64,000 nt of DNA from an uncultured Candidatus Saccharibacteria bacterium (GTDB lineage: Bacteria > Patescibacteriota > Saccharimonadia > Saccharimonadales > UBA10212), in contig OZ246413.1 of the NCBI GenBank assembly GCA_965231085.1, positions 539,234 to 603,233 of the forward strand. Reading direction: 5' to 3'. The notes below the pieces were generated by a model. It made no database searches. It was not told the origin of the DNA and saw only the letters and a program-made list of their open reading frames with translations. The translations under genes were made by a program, and so were the position numbers. This document shows, piece after piece, positions 63,896 through 64,000 of this stretch. The first letter of the stretch is position 1. Each line of letters begins with the position of its first letter.

Positions 63896-64000
63896 TTAAG
63901 CAGCAGTCAACTCCTGCAATTCAAGCTGAACCGGGACGGGCAAATCCTTCACATCGGCTTGTTCGGACTCTTTGGGCTCTTGCACCCAACTTATTTCGAC
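63896..64000 (-). CDS. 3' end of an unidentified gene running off the window
   Basis: Hand translation of the minus strand is open from 64000 to TAA at 63896-63898 (...VEISWVQEPKESEQADVKDLPVPVQLELQELTAA*). Confidence 0.3.
   Translation of the reverse strand, partial: VEISWVQEPKESEQADVKDLPVPVQLELQELTAA

Noticed and set aside
1-64000. CRISPR arrays, rRNA genes, IS elements and integrases.
   Set aside because: Scanning by eye found no regularly spaced direct repeats, no rRNA-like sequence and no transposase or integrase motifs in any ORF. The only direct repeats found are the two tRNA 3'-end duplications.

Overview
The window looks like an AT-rich, gene-dense, reduced bacterial genome. Its content is mainly housekeeping: rny, tsaBE, recA-recX, ruvABC, ftsH, tilS, gdh, the hrcA-grpE-dnaK-dnaJ operon, lepA, murJ, a Mur ligase, aspS and seven tRNAs. 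There are also many small membrane or secreted proteins, a lamin-tail-domain protein, ComEC, a type IV pilin and a PRC-barrel protein. By inference this fits a CPR/Patescibacteria genome, probably Saccharibacteria-like. I found no rRNA, CRISPR array, transposase or integrase. The strongest signal is four short high-GC cassettes (about 9.5-10.4 kb, 24.6-25.0 kb, 27.5-28.2 kb and 58.1-59.0 kb). Each has its own ORF or ORFs, three carry a perfect GC-rich hairpin, and none has a mobility gene. They may be acquisitions from a high-GC donor, possibly an actinobacterial host. Other notable items: (1) tRNA-Pro and tRNA-fMet are each followed, at a 169/170-bp offset, by a direct repeat of their own 3' end enclosing a structured insert that carries its own terminator. 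(2) Two unknown ORFs are translationally coupled inside the heat-shock operon, which also has tandem CIRCE operators. (3) A cluster holds three ATP-grasp ligases and a RimB-like aspartic protease. (4) A G7 tract sits exactly at the junction of two overlapping ORFs. (5) The lamin-tail-domain gene and tsaE overlap out of frame by 188 nt. (6) Two tRNA promoters share an identical 18-mer, and two tRNAs have long structured leaders. Functional calls come from motifs read in the translations. No database search was possible.
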